Source of the DNA: Octopus vulgaris
Lineage: Eukaryota
DNA length: 64,000 nucleotides
Assembly: GCA_951406725.2 (NCBI GenBank)
Contig: OX597817.1
Coordinates: 167,958,001 to 168,022,000, forward strand
Reading direction: 5' to 3'
Part shown: positions 40,538 through 51,963 of the stretch, piece after piece
Layout: each line of letters opens with the position of its first letter
How positions within the stretch are numbered: the first letter of the stretch is position 1
Program-made: the position numbers and the translations under genes
The notes under the pieces: model-generated
Databases searched by the model: none
The model's input: the letters and a program-made list of their open reading frames with translations, nothing else
Told to the model about the DNA's origin: nothing

Positions 40538-40877
40538 CATCCATCTGTCTCAGGCTAATGTGTGCGTTGGGTTATTAGCGCATTGTTCATATTTTTGGTT
40601 ATAAATTAACACTCATCATTTTTTCTGGAATAAAATTACAAACAATTCTCCTTTTTTATTATTATTATCATTTCGCCGGGCGAAATGCGTAGCCGTATTT
40701 CGTCTGCCGTTACGTTCTGAGTTCAAATTCCGCCGAGGTCGACTTTGTCTCTCATCCTTTCGGAGTCGATAAATTAAGTACCAGTTACGCACAGGGGTCG
40801 ATGTAATCGACTTAATCCGTTTGTCTGTCCTTGTTTGTCCTCTCTGTGTTTATCCCCTTGTGGGTAGTGAAGAAATA

Positions 40878-40939
<62 letters not shown>

Positions 40940-41414
40940 TCACTACCTGGAATCGAACTCAGAATCAATGGAAGCCGATATTAAGGAAGGATAGAAAAAT
41001 ATTAGATTTATAAGCCCTAAAATTCACCGCATAAATGTCCCCGGATATATGGCTTAGTGGTTAACAGCGCGAGCTACTAACCCCAAGATTCCGAATTCTC
41101 CTTTAGCATTCAACAAAATGTTAATTGTTGCTGTAATTAATTTATCATGAAATAATTTAGCCCTGGGAGCGTTCGTCCTAGAATAGTTCTATTCTATTTA
41201 TATATCCGCCAGAAGAATCTCGTTTTTCTTTCTTTTTTCTTTTTCTTTCAAATTTTCATTTTATTGCAATTAAATCATCCGTTAATGAGTTCAGAGCTTC
41301 AAAAACAATCTGCTTATTGTTGTATATAACTATATGTTATCTTTCAATTTTTTCACTTAATTTCTATAATAATTCTTATTCCTATAAATAATTCCTATAA
41401 TAATATATATGTTA

Positions 41415-41838
41415 TACTCTTTTACTCTTTTACTTGTTTCAGTCATTTGACTGCGGCCATGCTGGAGCACCGCCTTTAATTGAGCAACTCGACCCCGGGA
41501 CTTATTCTTTTGTAAGCCCAGTACTTATTCTATCGGTCTCTTTTGCCGAACCGCTAAGTAACGGGGACATAAACACACCAGCATCGGTTGTCAAGCAATG
41601 CTAGGGGGGGGGGACAAACACAGACACACAAACACACACACGCATATATATATATATATATATATACATATATACGACGGGCTTCTTTCAGTTTCCGTCT
41701 ACCAAATCCACTCACAAGGCATTGGTCGGCCCGAGGCTATAGTAGAAGACACTATCCCAAGGTGCCACGCAGTGGGACTGAACCCGGAACCATGTGGTTG
41801 GTAAACAAGCTACTTACCACACAGCCACTCCTGCGCCT
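41415..41838 (-). mobile_element. SINE family A
   Basis: Full-length copy. Confidence 0.9.
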
Positions 41839-42046
41839 ATATATATATGTTAACTTTCCCTTTTCCCCTTATTCCTCCTATAATAATTCTTCCTAAAAAG
41901 AAGGAGCTGGTTTCTATTTTTAAAAAATAAAAAGCTACATCGCTAATATTTAGCTAACAGCAACGGTGAAGTGTTTACATGCTGAACTTGAAACATACCG
42001 CTGGGATATTGGATCCTGACAATCTTTTTCCTTTCCAAAATAAAAT

Positions 42047-42118
42047 GGCGGTGCCCCAGCATGGCCACAGCTCGTGAGCTGAAACTAGATAAAATAAAAT
42101 AAAAATAAAAAATAAAAA
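42047..42118 (+). mobile_element. Isolated 3' tail of the same CR1-group LINE
   Basis: Tail identical to the one at 36568-36612, followed by (TAAAA)n. Confidence 0.75.
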
Positions 42119-42120
42119 CA

Positions 42121-42291
42121 TAGGCGCGGGAGTGGCTGTGTGGTAAGTAGCTTGCTAACCAACCACATGGTTCCGGGTTCAGTCCCACGCGTGGCATCTT
42201 GGGCAAGTGTCTTGCTCCGGGCCGACCAAAGCCTTGTGAGTGGATTTGGTAGACGGAAACTGAAAGAAGCCTGTCGTATATATGTATATAT

Positions 42292-42334
<43 letters not shown>

Positions 42335-42558
42335 ATATGTTTGTGTGTCTGTGTTTGTCCTCCCCCCCCAGCATTGCTTGACAACCGATGCTGGTGTGTT
42401 TACGTCCCCGTCACTGAGCGGTTCGGCAAAAGAGACCGATAGAATAAGTACTGGGCTTACAAAGAATAAGTCCCGGGGTCGATTTGCTCGACTAAAGGCG
42501 GTGCTCCAGCATGGCCGCAGTCAAATGACTGAAACAAGTAAAAGAGTAAAGAGAGTAA
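42121..42558 (+). mobile_element. SINE family A
   Basis: Near-full-length copy, head-to-head with 41415. Confidence 0.9.
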
Positions 42559-43230
42559 AGCCTGAAATTTGGGGGAAGGAGGTACCCCGGTGCTCGACTG
42601 GTATTTATTTCATCGACCATGGCGGAACTTGAACTAAGGATGTATAGCTGGAAGGAATGCCCCGAAAAATTTCGTCCAGTGTGCTAATGATTGTGCCAGC
42701 TCGCCGTCTTTAGTGCGTACTAACAAAGAAAATACAATCACTCTCTGCATTTCACTCCGGAATGGTGACCCAACTCGAAACCAAGATGTCCATAAGCTTG
42801 ATTATGGTCTTTGGAACTTTAGCATCTACGAGAATATTTTCGAATATTTTCTTGCTATCGCGCGAAAGTGGAACCAGTTTAAAGCTGTAGTGACGCCTGT
42901 TTCCAGACGCCATTTTGGGATTTTCATCCACGCATGCGCAGGGATTAGTCTTCCGGAAGGCCTGCTGGAAGCCCCTTATGCGCATGCACAGTCATCAGCA
43001 GCAGCTAGGCTTGACCGCTATTCTCTCTTTAACCTTTGCTGCCGACCGAGCCACACGCAACCAGACCAGCTCGGTTGTGAAGACGATCCACGACTTAGGC
43101 GAATCTGTGAAGAATGCCTTCACAATTGTGATTAAACCGATTCTGTTGCCTCCACCTCACCCCCCAGCGTCCAGGCTAGCGATGTCCAGAGATGAAATGC
43201 TTATTTCGGCGAAATAAATTATTATTATTA

Positions 43231-43534
43231 CTAGCAGTATCGCCCGGCGTTGTTCGGGTTTGTAAGGGAAATCTTTATATAAGCATTTTTAGAGAGTTAC
43301 TTCCCTTATATAAACCGAGCAAAAAATGCATTAAAAAAACGAAAAAATGATGGTAAATTTTTTAAAAATCGTAGACTCATCGTAGACGCACGCTAATATC
43401 CAGAAAGGCTCGATATGAATCACGACTATGAGATACCCGCTTTTGGTTAAACTGCACCGCAAAATGTGGGAGTAGTTAGGAATCTAAATAGGAGGAGACA
43501 GACTCTCACACAACTTCAGTTTTATATATAAAGA
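43231..43534 (-). mobile_element. Non-autonomous Helitron (second 5' type)
   Basis: Essentially the same 3' hairpin and CTAG as above, TC 5' end, A|T insertion site. Confidence 0.8.
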
Positions 43535-43841
43535 TTTGTTCGGAGATTCTTGTTCCCGCTATTTTCCTTTCTACGACTATGTAAGGAACTGTGAGGCACT
43601 CTTCCAGTGCCAACCTCACTTCCTACGAAGCCTTGCATATTCTTACCATTACGCTTACAGACTGCATTTGCAAAGTACGTTAACTGATTACTTTATCCAG
43701 CTTTTCGATATTATCACTTTGTTATTTACTAACACAGCAACGTTCAATATAACACTGTTCAACAAAATAAAGTTTTTCTTTTTTTCTTATCAGAGATAAA
43801 ATTAGTCATTTTTCGATGTATTTTAGACGCTGATTCAAATC

Positions 43842-44428
43842 TTATTTCTTTATTGCCCGTAAGGGGATAAACAAGGACAGACAAACGGATTAAGTCGATT
43901 ATATCGACCCCAGTGCGTAACTGGTGCTTATTTAATCGACCCCGAAAGGATGAAAGGCAAAGTTGACCTCGGCGGAATTTGAACTCAGAACGTAACGGCA
44001 GACGAAATACCTATTTCTTTACTACCCACAAGGGGCTAAGCACAGAGAGGACAAACAAGGACAGACAACCGGATTAAGTCGATTATATCGACCCCAGTGC
44101 GTAACTGGTACTTATTTAATCGACCCCGAAAGGATGAAAGGCAAAGTCGACCTCGGCGGAATTTGAACTCAGAACGTAACGGCAGACGAAATACCTATTT
44201 CTTTACTACCCACAAAGGGCCAAATACAGAGGAGACAAACAAGGACAGACAGACGGATTAAGTCGATTATATCGACCCCAGTGCATAACTGGTACTTAAT
44301 TTATCGACCCCCGAAAGGTTGAAAGGCAAAGTCAACCTCGACGGAATTTAAATTCAGAACGTAACGGTAGACGAAATACCGCTAAGTATTTCGCCCGGCT
44401 GCTAACGTTTCTGCCAGCTCGCCGCCTT
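43842..44428 (-). mobile_element. SINE family C head-to-tail trimer with a single 15-bp TSD
   Basis: Three ~170-183-bp bodies and one head. TSD acgctgattcaaatc at 43827-43841 and 44429-44443. Confidence 0.88.
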
Positions 44429-45242
44429 ACGCTGATTCAAATCCATCTTACGTTTTTTCTTAAGAACATCTGCGTGAGTGTGTATGTGTGTGTGTGTGTT
44501 TTCTTTTTTTCTACACCATTCTTTTTCTATACTATTCCACGGCAAGAACGGAAAGAAACGACGAAGATGGAACGAAAATATCGCCTTCGGCAGATGTTTT
44601 AGTATTTTTTTTTTTTTTTTGTGAATTATGTGATATCTGATTCGATATATCATGTGCGAAAATGAGTAAAAGGCAGATTATTTCTCAAGAAAATATCCAT
44701 GACAAATTTACAAATACCCCTTTCATATCGTCAGAAAATCTAAGCACCACACTCGTCGGACTGGTTGAATGCAATTTCGAATCCTTTCCTCGGATTAATG
44801 ATGGACAAAATTCAGCTCAAAATTGCGTTTTCTTTTTCTCCTCGATTCTTCATTTGTGCCACCCTTGCAACTGCTTCAAATGTGCGACTCGGGCGAATTC
44901 ATTTGGAGTACATAGATTGACCTACCCGACCAGCACTGTAAGACGCCTTCGATATTCTCGAGCCAGAAAAGAATCTTTGCGAATCCTTCCAGCCATGAGT
45001 GTTTCAGGGACTGACGGAAAAACTTTGATGGTATGTCGACTTTTCCGTAAAAAAGCAGATCCTCATCCGGTTACACTGCTTGCACGGATTTCCATGGCTT
45101 TTGTCACCATTCAATTCTATTGTTCATCATATTCAGCAAGTCAGAAGGATTGCAGTTTATGTCGTCACAGATCTACTTGATATAGGTCTTGGTCCCCTGT
45201 CGTCCCCTGTCAGCTCTCATAATAAAAAAAAACAAAAACTTC

Positions 45243-45815
45243 ACCAACAATTTTGTCTTTAGCTCTCCTGCAATACCCTGCGAATCTGATTTTGCGCTCT
45301 TTGATGATGTCTGATACTGGACGAAGGTTCCCATACAATCGCTCATGGGTCAGACGATCTCTCCAGATAAGATTCAATGCCACTCGAGTGGCATTGACGG
45401 GGTGATATTCAAACATTCAACTATGAATGCATTGCACTTTATAGCAGAAACACCTGTAAGGCATAACGTAATTGCTTATTCCTTTATCATCCCAGTTTCT
45501 TTTTAACACTCTATACTTGATTGACACTTCGTACTGAAGCATATGTACATTGTACGCAATGCTTAAGTGAAATATATAACCACTACACTGCGTGACCTTC
45601 CTCGACTAATCGAGTGTAGGCTCCATCCAATCTTCTTTCCAATTTTGAGGCAAGGGTCCATACTGAGCAGCCATACAATAGAACAAAGGCAGCAGTTGCT
45701 TGAAAGAGGCTCCTTCTCATGTTGCCTGCAAGTTCGGATTTCTACACTAGAGATAACTTGTCGATGGCTCCTTAGGCTTTACCAATGCTTGTATTTACAT
45801 CGCTCTCGCAGCTAG
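45243..45815 (-). mobile_element. RTE-clade LINE RT remnant interrupted by a 219-bp insert
   Basis: ESDVNTSIGKA*GAIDKL...LFQATAAFVLLYGCSVWTL...LDGAYTR [insert] RVALNLIWRDRLTHERLYGNLRPVSDIIKERKIRFAGYCRR. Confidence 0.8.
45394..45612 (+). repeat. 219-bp direct repeat, copy 1 (copy 2 at 47831-48049)
   Basis: ttgacggggtgatattc...ctcgactaatcg in both places, about 3 substitutions. Confidence 0.95.
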
Positions 45816-46012
45816 AGATTTTACTATTTAAATAAACAAATTCTTCTACAATAGTCCCAAGCTATTTTATATCTAATTCAATATGGCAGTCCAATACGGC
45901 AACATCACTAATATAATGGAAACTAAAGAAAATCCCAGGAAGTTGGATGAAATAATCTATCTATAGGTGTTTATAGTCACACCTCCTACTTTGAAGGAGG
46001 GAGTGTAATATA

Positions 46013-46448
46013 TCTCTCTATATATAAACGGCAGTTTGTCTGTCTGTGTGTCTGTCTGTGTGTCTGTACCCTCACCCTGACCACAGCTTTCAACCGATTC
46101 TGATGAAACTTGACACACACATAGCCCAATGTCATAATTCAAAACTAACGCAGCGAAAATTTTGAAAAGTTCCCCCAGTTCTGAAAAAAATCGATAAATT
46201 CAACATGGGGTCGAGAATCTAAGCTTTTTATATGCAACACATTTTCTGTCTAGGGGACACAACTCGACCTTTTTATCGCCCAAAGGGACAGCTAGGAACA
46301 TCATATACACAGAAGTATTCGAGTGAAGAGAAGACATTGCAACCTACACATGCGCCTTCGCTCCCTAGAGGGAAAGGACTAGATTGGGATTAGTCGTTGC
46401 CTACTAGGGGCTCTTACATAACCGGGTAACGCCGGGCTATGCTGCTAG
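46013..46448 (+). mobile_element. Non-autonomous Helitron with the same 5' part as 35932 but a different 3' end
   Basis: Shares ~260 bp of 5' sequence, then diverges. Ends ccgggtaacgccggg...gCTAG|t. Confidence 0.8.
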
Positions 46449-48210
46449 TTTTAAATATATTTCAGAATTGCTGTTTGACAAATGACTTCATGTGAAACCA
46501 TTTGTAGACGCTGAAACAGTTACATCGTAAAAGAATCGCATTAGCTATTTATGAACACACAGAATCTATTGCGTTCACTTTTCGCATATTTCTTGAGGTT
46601 GCTGTCAAAAGCCTTCTTCGCACTTCCTTAATCCGGTCATTAACACAACTCTAAACTAATTGCGTATCGTGCCACGTTCTGGCCTTGGTTAATTTGTTGT
46701 TGTTGCTGTTGTTGTATCTACGGCAGTGAGCTGGCAACAAAATTGTTAGCACCCGAACAAAGTGCTTAACAGCATTTCTTCCGGCTGTACGTTCTGGGTT
46801 CAAATTCTGCTGAGGGCAATTTCGCCTTACATCCTTCCGGGGTTGATAAAATATTTACCAGTTGAACATTGGTGTCGATGTTTCTGACTCAACCCCCATC
46901 TCTAAAACTGTTGGCTTTGATCCATAACTTAAAACCAATATTATCTCTAACTACTCTATTCCAAAATTTTATATATTTGGCCAACTCCATCTACATCGTT
47001 TTTTTAAATATTTTCAAATTTTTTCTTGGCTTTTTTAAATACTTTTTTTTTATATATATAGGCGCAGGAGTGGCTGTGCAGTAAGAAGCTTGCTCACCAA
47101 CCACATGGTTCCGGGTTCAGTCCCATTGCGTGGCACCACGGACAAGTGTCTTCTACTATAGCCTCAGGCCAACCAAAGCCTTGTGAGTGGATTTGGTAGA
47201 CGGAAACTGAAAGAAGCCTGTCGTATATATGTATGTATACATATATATGTATGTATGTGTGTATGTTTGTGTGTCTGTGTTTATCCTCCCAACATCGCTA
47301 GCCTTGATTTAGTAGGACAGTTCTCCAAACTATGTCTGGACAAGTATTTCTCTACATATCAGAGCTGCTAATAAATATCGACATAACAGAACATTACTTC
47401 GCTATCACAAATTATTTCCACGTGTTTTTCCAACGGCAATGTCTATATCACTTGGTGGATTCCATGCTATTACGTCTCTTCGTCTTATGATATCCTTGGT
47501 GAAATCATATTAAATAGCTACGATCATAAATTTCTGCCGATGAAGTCTTCTGTGCTATTACATACACCTACTAATGTCTCTATTATTGGGTGTAAATGTA
47601 ACGTGAATGTAATTTTATCATTTCTTATATATGCGGTATCTTCGTTTATTTACAACGATAGAATATGTATTAAAGAAAAGATATTCACTTTATAAGCATA
47701 CTTATGTGTACAAATATATTTACATATATAGGTTATATACACACACACATACACATAAGAAATTGAGATGATGAAAGAGTAAACAATTATGTTACAGCTG
47801 TTTCTGCTATAGGTTGCACTGCAACCGTAGTTGACGGGGTGATATTCAAACATTCAACTATGAATGCATTGCACTTTATAGCAGAACCATCTGTAAGGCA
47901 TAACGTAATTGCTTATTCCTTTATCATCCCAATTTCTTTTTAACACTCTATACTTGATTGACACTTCGTACTGAAGCATATGTACATTGTACGCAATGCT
48001 TAAGTGAAATATATAACCACTACACTGCGTGACCTTCCTCGACTAATCGCAGCCCACCTTACAATCAACTTCTTTCATTCAAATTCAAAATGGCTGAAGA
48101 CTAGCAACACACTTGAAACTCGAAGTACTAACGAATTTGAATCAAACTGTTCTGATCCATATATATATATAACCACAGACTTGTCCAGAATTTTAGGAAA
48201 ATATTATTAT

Positions 48211-48584
48211 TAATGTAAAGTATAGAAGCCATCTTATCATGGCTAACCACATTGGGGAGGGGGTTGTTACTGTAGCTTTATAGCCCCAAGAGATCTTCGT
48301 CTCTAGCTGGCTCTAAACACAATATCTTGCAAAGGAGCCTTCACTTTCATCGCTACCTGGTGGTTGCCGCCCGTTGACGAGGGACAAACATCCCGAAACT
48401 AGTTCAAGCGTATCACTCAGGCTTGCGAGGAAGGGATGGCCTCCCTTTGCAAATACTCCAAAGACACAGATATTGTGTTTAGAGCCAGCTAGAGACGAAG
48501 ATCTCTTGGGGCTATAAAGCTACAGTAACAACCCCCTCCCCAATGTGGTTAGCCATGATAAGATGGCTTCTATACTTTACATTA
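48211..48584. repeat. 117-bp inverted repeat with 140-nt spacer
   Basis: 48211-48327 versus 48468-48584, no mismatch seen by eye. Confidence 0.95.
48368..48410 (+). ncRNA. Putative minimal hammerhead ribozyme inside a hairpin loop
   Basis: cgcccg TTGACGA GGGA caaaca TCCC GAAA CTAG TT^ caagcg. Perfect stem II, palindromic stem III, stem I with two mismatches. Confidence 0.55.
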
Positions 48585-49075
48585 TCGAGCGATTACTGTT
48601 TCAATCTCATTCTGAGATTTAATTATGATTATTATTAATATTTTCCTAAAATTCCAGACAAATCAAGTAGTTAAAGATCGAATGAATATACGGTTTTTAA
48701 AAAAATTTTTATTTCCTTTAATTTATTTTTGTTATTATTCTCATTTCCATCTCTTTGTATTTCTTTGTTTCTTTTCGTCAGAGAAATACTAAAAACAGTA
48801 TTTCGGTATGGGTATAAAATGTGGAGAAACTAAAGATGATATAGCAATGCTTTGACTCAGGTCACCTGAAGATGTGCTGGCATACTACTGTTGTTGAATC
48901 ATATTAATACGATATTGCGCATCTGTCAGGCACGCAGTGACCAACAGCAGAATGTTATAGTCGAGTCTACTGTGTGTCTGACAATATATATACCTCGGCT
49001 GCGAATGAAAGTGTAAGGGGGTCTTGGCCGTTTGCGTGGTGATCGCATTTAATTAGTTAATTTTCAACCATCATC

Positions 49076-49160
49076 AACCAATGAGCGATAGTTTGGTATG
49101 CAGCTGTCTTCGAGAATTTTGTCTTACTCATTTTCGCCTTCTCTTCGTTGCGTGGTATGT
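49076..49160 (+). promoter_or_regulatory. Possible promoter and first exon: NF-Y CCAAT box and 5' splice donor
   Basis: AACCAATGAG (CCAAT 49078-49082) in locally CpG-retaining unique DNA. GTG|gtatgt donor at 49154/49155 followed by an AT-rich intron-like stretch. Confidence 0.3.
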
Positions 49161-49299
49161 CGTTTTAGATTTTTCCAATGATTTTCTAAAAATTAATATT
49201 ATTAATATTTTTTAAAATACATTTCTTTATAGTACTGCTTATAATACGCTAACTGCTGTTCACTATATCTCTGTATGATAGTAAACAAATACGACAATT

Positions 49300-49430
49300 A
49301 TTATCTTTCTGTGGAAGAGCGTAGGCTCGAAACATAAAAGACGTTTTCAATTCCTGAGCGTTATACTAATACATCTGTTTGTTTTCTACACCACCTGTCT
49401 TCGTCTTTTGTTTTTTTTTTCGTGAACTCT

Positions 49431-49433
<3 letters not shown>
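49300..49433 (+). mobile_element. Penelope-like pLTR fragment with hammerhead motif
   Basis: tcttt CTGTGGA AGAGCGTAGGCTC GAAAC ATA aaaga. Same family as 20316 and 26679. Runs into (TA)n. Confidence 0.65.
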
Positions 49434-49469
<36 letters not shown>

Positions 49470-49699
49470 CGCCCTACCAAACACACTTACATACAGACGC
49501 ACGCACTAACATATACATATATTTTTTGTTTTTTTATCTCGCCTCACACACACATACACACACGCACACGCACACACTCACACATACACACACATCATTT
49601 TCTGTTACCAACCTTCTTGTCTCCACTCTTTTGGCTTTAAAAACCTACTTTGCCCTTGTTTTCCAAAACTTCCGGTCTTTCAGCATGTGTACTTCGTAA

Positions 49700-49890
49700 A
49701 CACCAGTCGCGTTTTTTTCCCCTCTTTCGCCCACTTCGGGATCTTTCTTCTTTCTTCCTTCTCTTATGTTTCCGACGAAGAGCTCCGCTCGAAACGTCAT
49801 ACCCTCCTTCTTCCATTTTCCTGAGCGCCTAATAATAATAATACTGTAATTGTTCCACGTGTTGTTGTTTTTTCTGTTTTCCCGTTTGGG
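49700..49890 (+). mobile_element. Second Penelope-like pLTR fragment with hammerhead motif
   Basis: CCGACGA AGAGC tcc GCTC GAAAC GTC at 49772-49798, followed by ttcctgagcg as in the related pLTRs. Confidence 0.55.
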
Positions 49891-49954
49891 TATGTATGTA
49901 TGTATGTATAAGGATGAAAAGGAACACACGAGTTGATATATATGAAAAAATAAG

Positions 49955-50382
49955 TCAAAATAGAAAATGCTAAAATAATTTTATAAAGAACATTTCAGTA
50001 CGGTTTCAGTCATTTTGAGACCTTTTCAACTGTAACGATTAAATAATTAAATTTAGAAAAATTAAAAGAAATGTTTTTTAAAGGAATATTTGTATAGTGT
50101 TCAAATATAAGTGGCATTTTCCTTGTTTCTGCCTTGCTCTGTCTCTCTTGTTCACACTTGTGAACCTCCAACCCACAAGTGTGAACAAGAGAGACAGAGC
50201 AAGGCGGAAACAAGGAAAATGTCACTTATATTTGAACACTATACAAATATTCCTTTTAAAAAACATTTCTTTTAATTTTTCTAAATTTAATTATTTAATC
50301 GTTACAGTTGAAAAGGTCTCAAAATGACTGAAACCGGTACTGAAATGTTCTTTATAAAATTATTTTAGCATTTTCTATTTTG

Positions 50383-50383
<1 letters not shown>
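49955..50383. repeat. Near-perfect palindrome, ~209-bp arms and 11-nt loop
   Basis: 49955-50162 is the reverse complement of 50174-50383 apart from a few differences. Loop aacctccaacc. Confidence 0.95.
50302..50345 (+). ncRNA. Putative minimal type I hammerhead ribozyme, U3-A8 core variant
   Basis: cag TTGAAAA GGTC tcaaaat GACT GAAA CCGG TA^ ctg. Stem I CAG/CTG, stem II GGTC/GACT, palindromic stem III ACCGGT, GUA cleavage triplet. Confidence 0.6.
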
Positions 50384-50433
<50 letters not shown>

Positions 50434-50977
50434 TATATACATATACATGCACACACACACACACACACACACATATACATACACACACATACATACATAT
50501 CTATATACACACACATTAGGAAGTTAAATACTATGACCAGTCGCAGAGACCATTGATTTCGCACCTATAAAGCACTTAGCAGTATATGCGACTTGGGAGA
50601 CTCAAATGACCGAAAGCACATAACTTCTTTACAGCTGGGGGAAGAAATACGCCACGGTTAGTTAGTTGTGTAAACCCAAAATATTTGTCTGCTCTACCAG
50701 CGGGACGGGATTATCCCCCTTACATCGGCTCCAGCCGTGGCGATATTCGAAGGAGCTGAGGTGGGTCTATTCAACGAATGAGAAATTCCGAGTTTTTAGT
50801 GGCAAATATTTTGAGAGCATTGTCTAAATACTTCTTTCCTGGAGTTTAAAAAGGCTCCGGGTCGAGAAAGTTTTTTTTAGGATCCTTGCCCTCTCAGCCA
50901 AACAAAGCTTTTTCGGATATATGAACTACTGATGTTGATGATGATGATGACGACGACGACGATGATATATATATATA

Positions 50978-51022
<45 letters not shown>

Positions 51023-51559
51023 TTTGATACTTTGATAGGTTTCGGCCATGTCTAACTTAATAGCAACACCTAAGCTCCATGCAGCTCCGGCAGAAGGTAA
51101 TGGCGAACTTCTGCTCTTTCGCCACAACTTTCTCTCTCTTTCCTCCTGCATCTTGCAGCTCACCTGCGACAGACCAGCGTCCCATCCAGGTGGGGAACCT
51201 ATACACCAAGGAAACCAGCCCTTATGAGCCATGCTTGGCTTGAGAAGGAACAAACAACAGAACTTTCTGCTTTTCAAGAAACCACAGTACATACTAAATT
51301 CTATTCTGTGCATTGATCAAACACACTGGACACATATACTCCACAGTGTGCAGTAGCTGAACAAAGCAGCTAGTTCAACTGCTAAAAGTAGCAGCTAAAT
51401 CTTTTTTGAATTACACCCTTTGTTTTGTTTTATCCTTTAATGCTTTAGTATTTTAACTGACCAAAGTCAGCCCAAGTATTTTATCTGTTTTATGTTGAAA
51501 CTTGCCAGATCCAGCCTCTCAGACCTACACTACAATGTCATTCTAAAAATAAACAATAA

Positions 51560-51963
51560 CAGGCATAGGAGTGGCTGTGTAGTAAGTAGCTTGCTTACAA
51601 ACCACATGGTTCCGGGTTCAGTCCCACTTCGTGGCTCCTTGGGCAAATGTCTTCTACTATAGACTCAGGCTGACCAAAGCCTTGTGAGTGGATTTGGTAG
51701 ACGGAAACTGAAAGAAGCCCGTCGTATATATGTATATATGAGTGTGTGTGTGTGTATATGTTTGTGTGTCTGTGTTTGTACCCCCAACATTGCTTGACAA
51801 CTGATGTTGGTGTGTTTACATCCCCATAACTTAGTGGTTCAGCAAAAGAGACCGATAGAATAAGTACTAGGCTTACAAAGAATAAGTCTTGAGGTCGATT
51901 TGCTCGACTAAAGGTGGTGCTCCAGCATGGCCACAGTCAAATGACTGAAATAAGTAAAAGAGA
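51560..51963 (+). mobile_element. SINE family A
   Basis: Full-length, CpG-decayed copy. Confidence 0.88.

Noticed and set aside
42713-43217. 140-aa and 100-aa ORFs as a Tc1/mariner remnant
   Set aside because: Only vague resemblance, with no DDE/D motif or TIRs that I can support.
44662-45180. 172-aa ORF as a gene or transposase
   Set aside because: No recognisable motif or splice context in either direction, so it is left uncalled.
45394-48049. LTR retrotransposon or TRIM bounded by 219-bp repeats
   Set aside because: No TG...CA ends, PBS, PPT or TSD, and the RTE frame continues directly across the first copy.
48860-48941. Additional hammerheads (also ~18910, ~46472, ~17080)
   Set aside because: A CTGAAGA-like core and stem I are visible, but GAAA or stem II is missing or too decayed to call.
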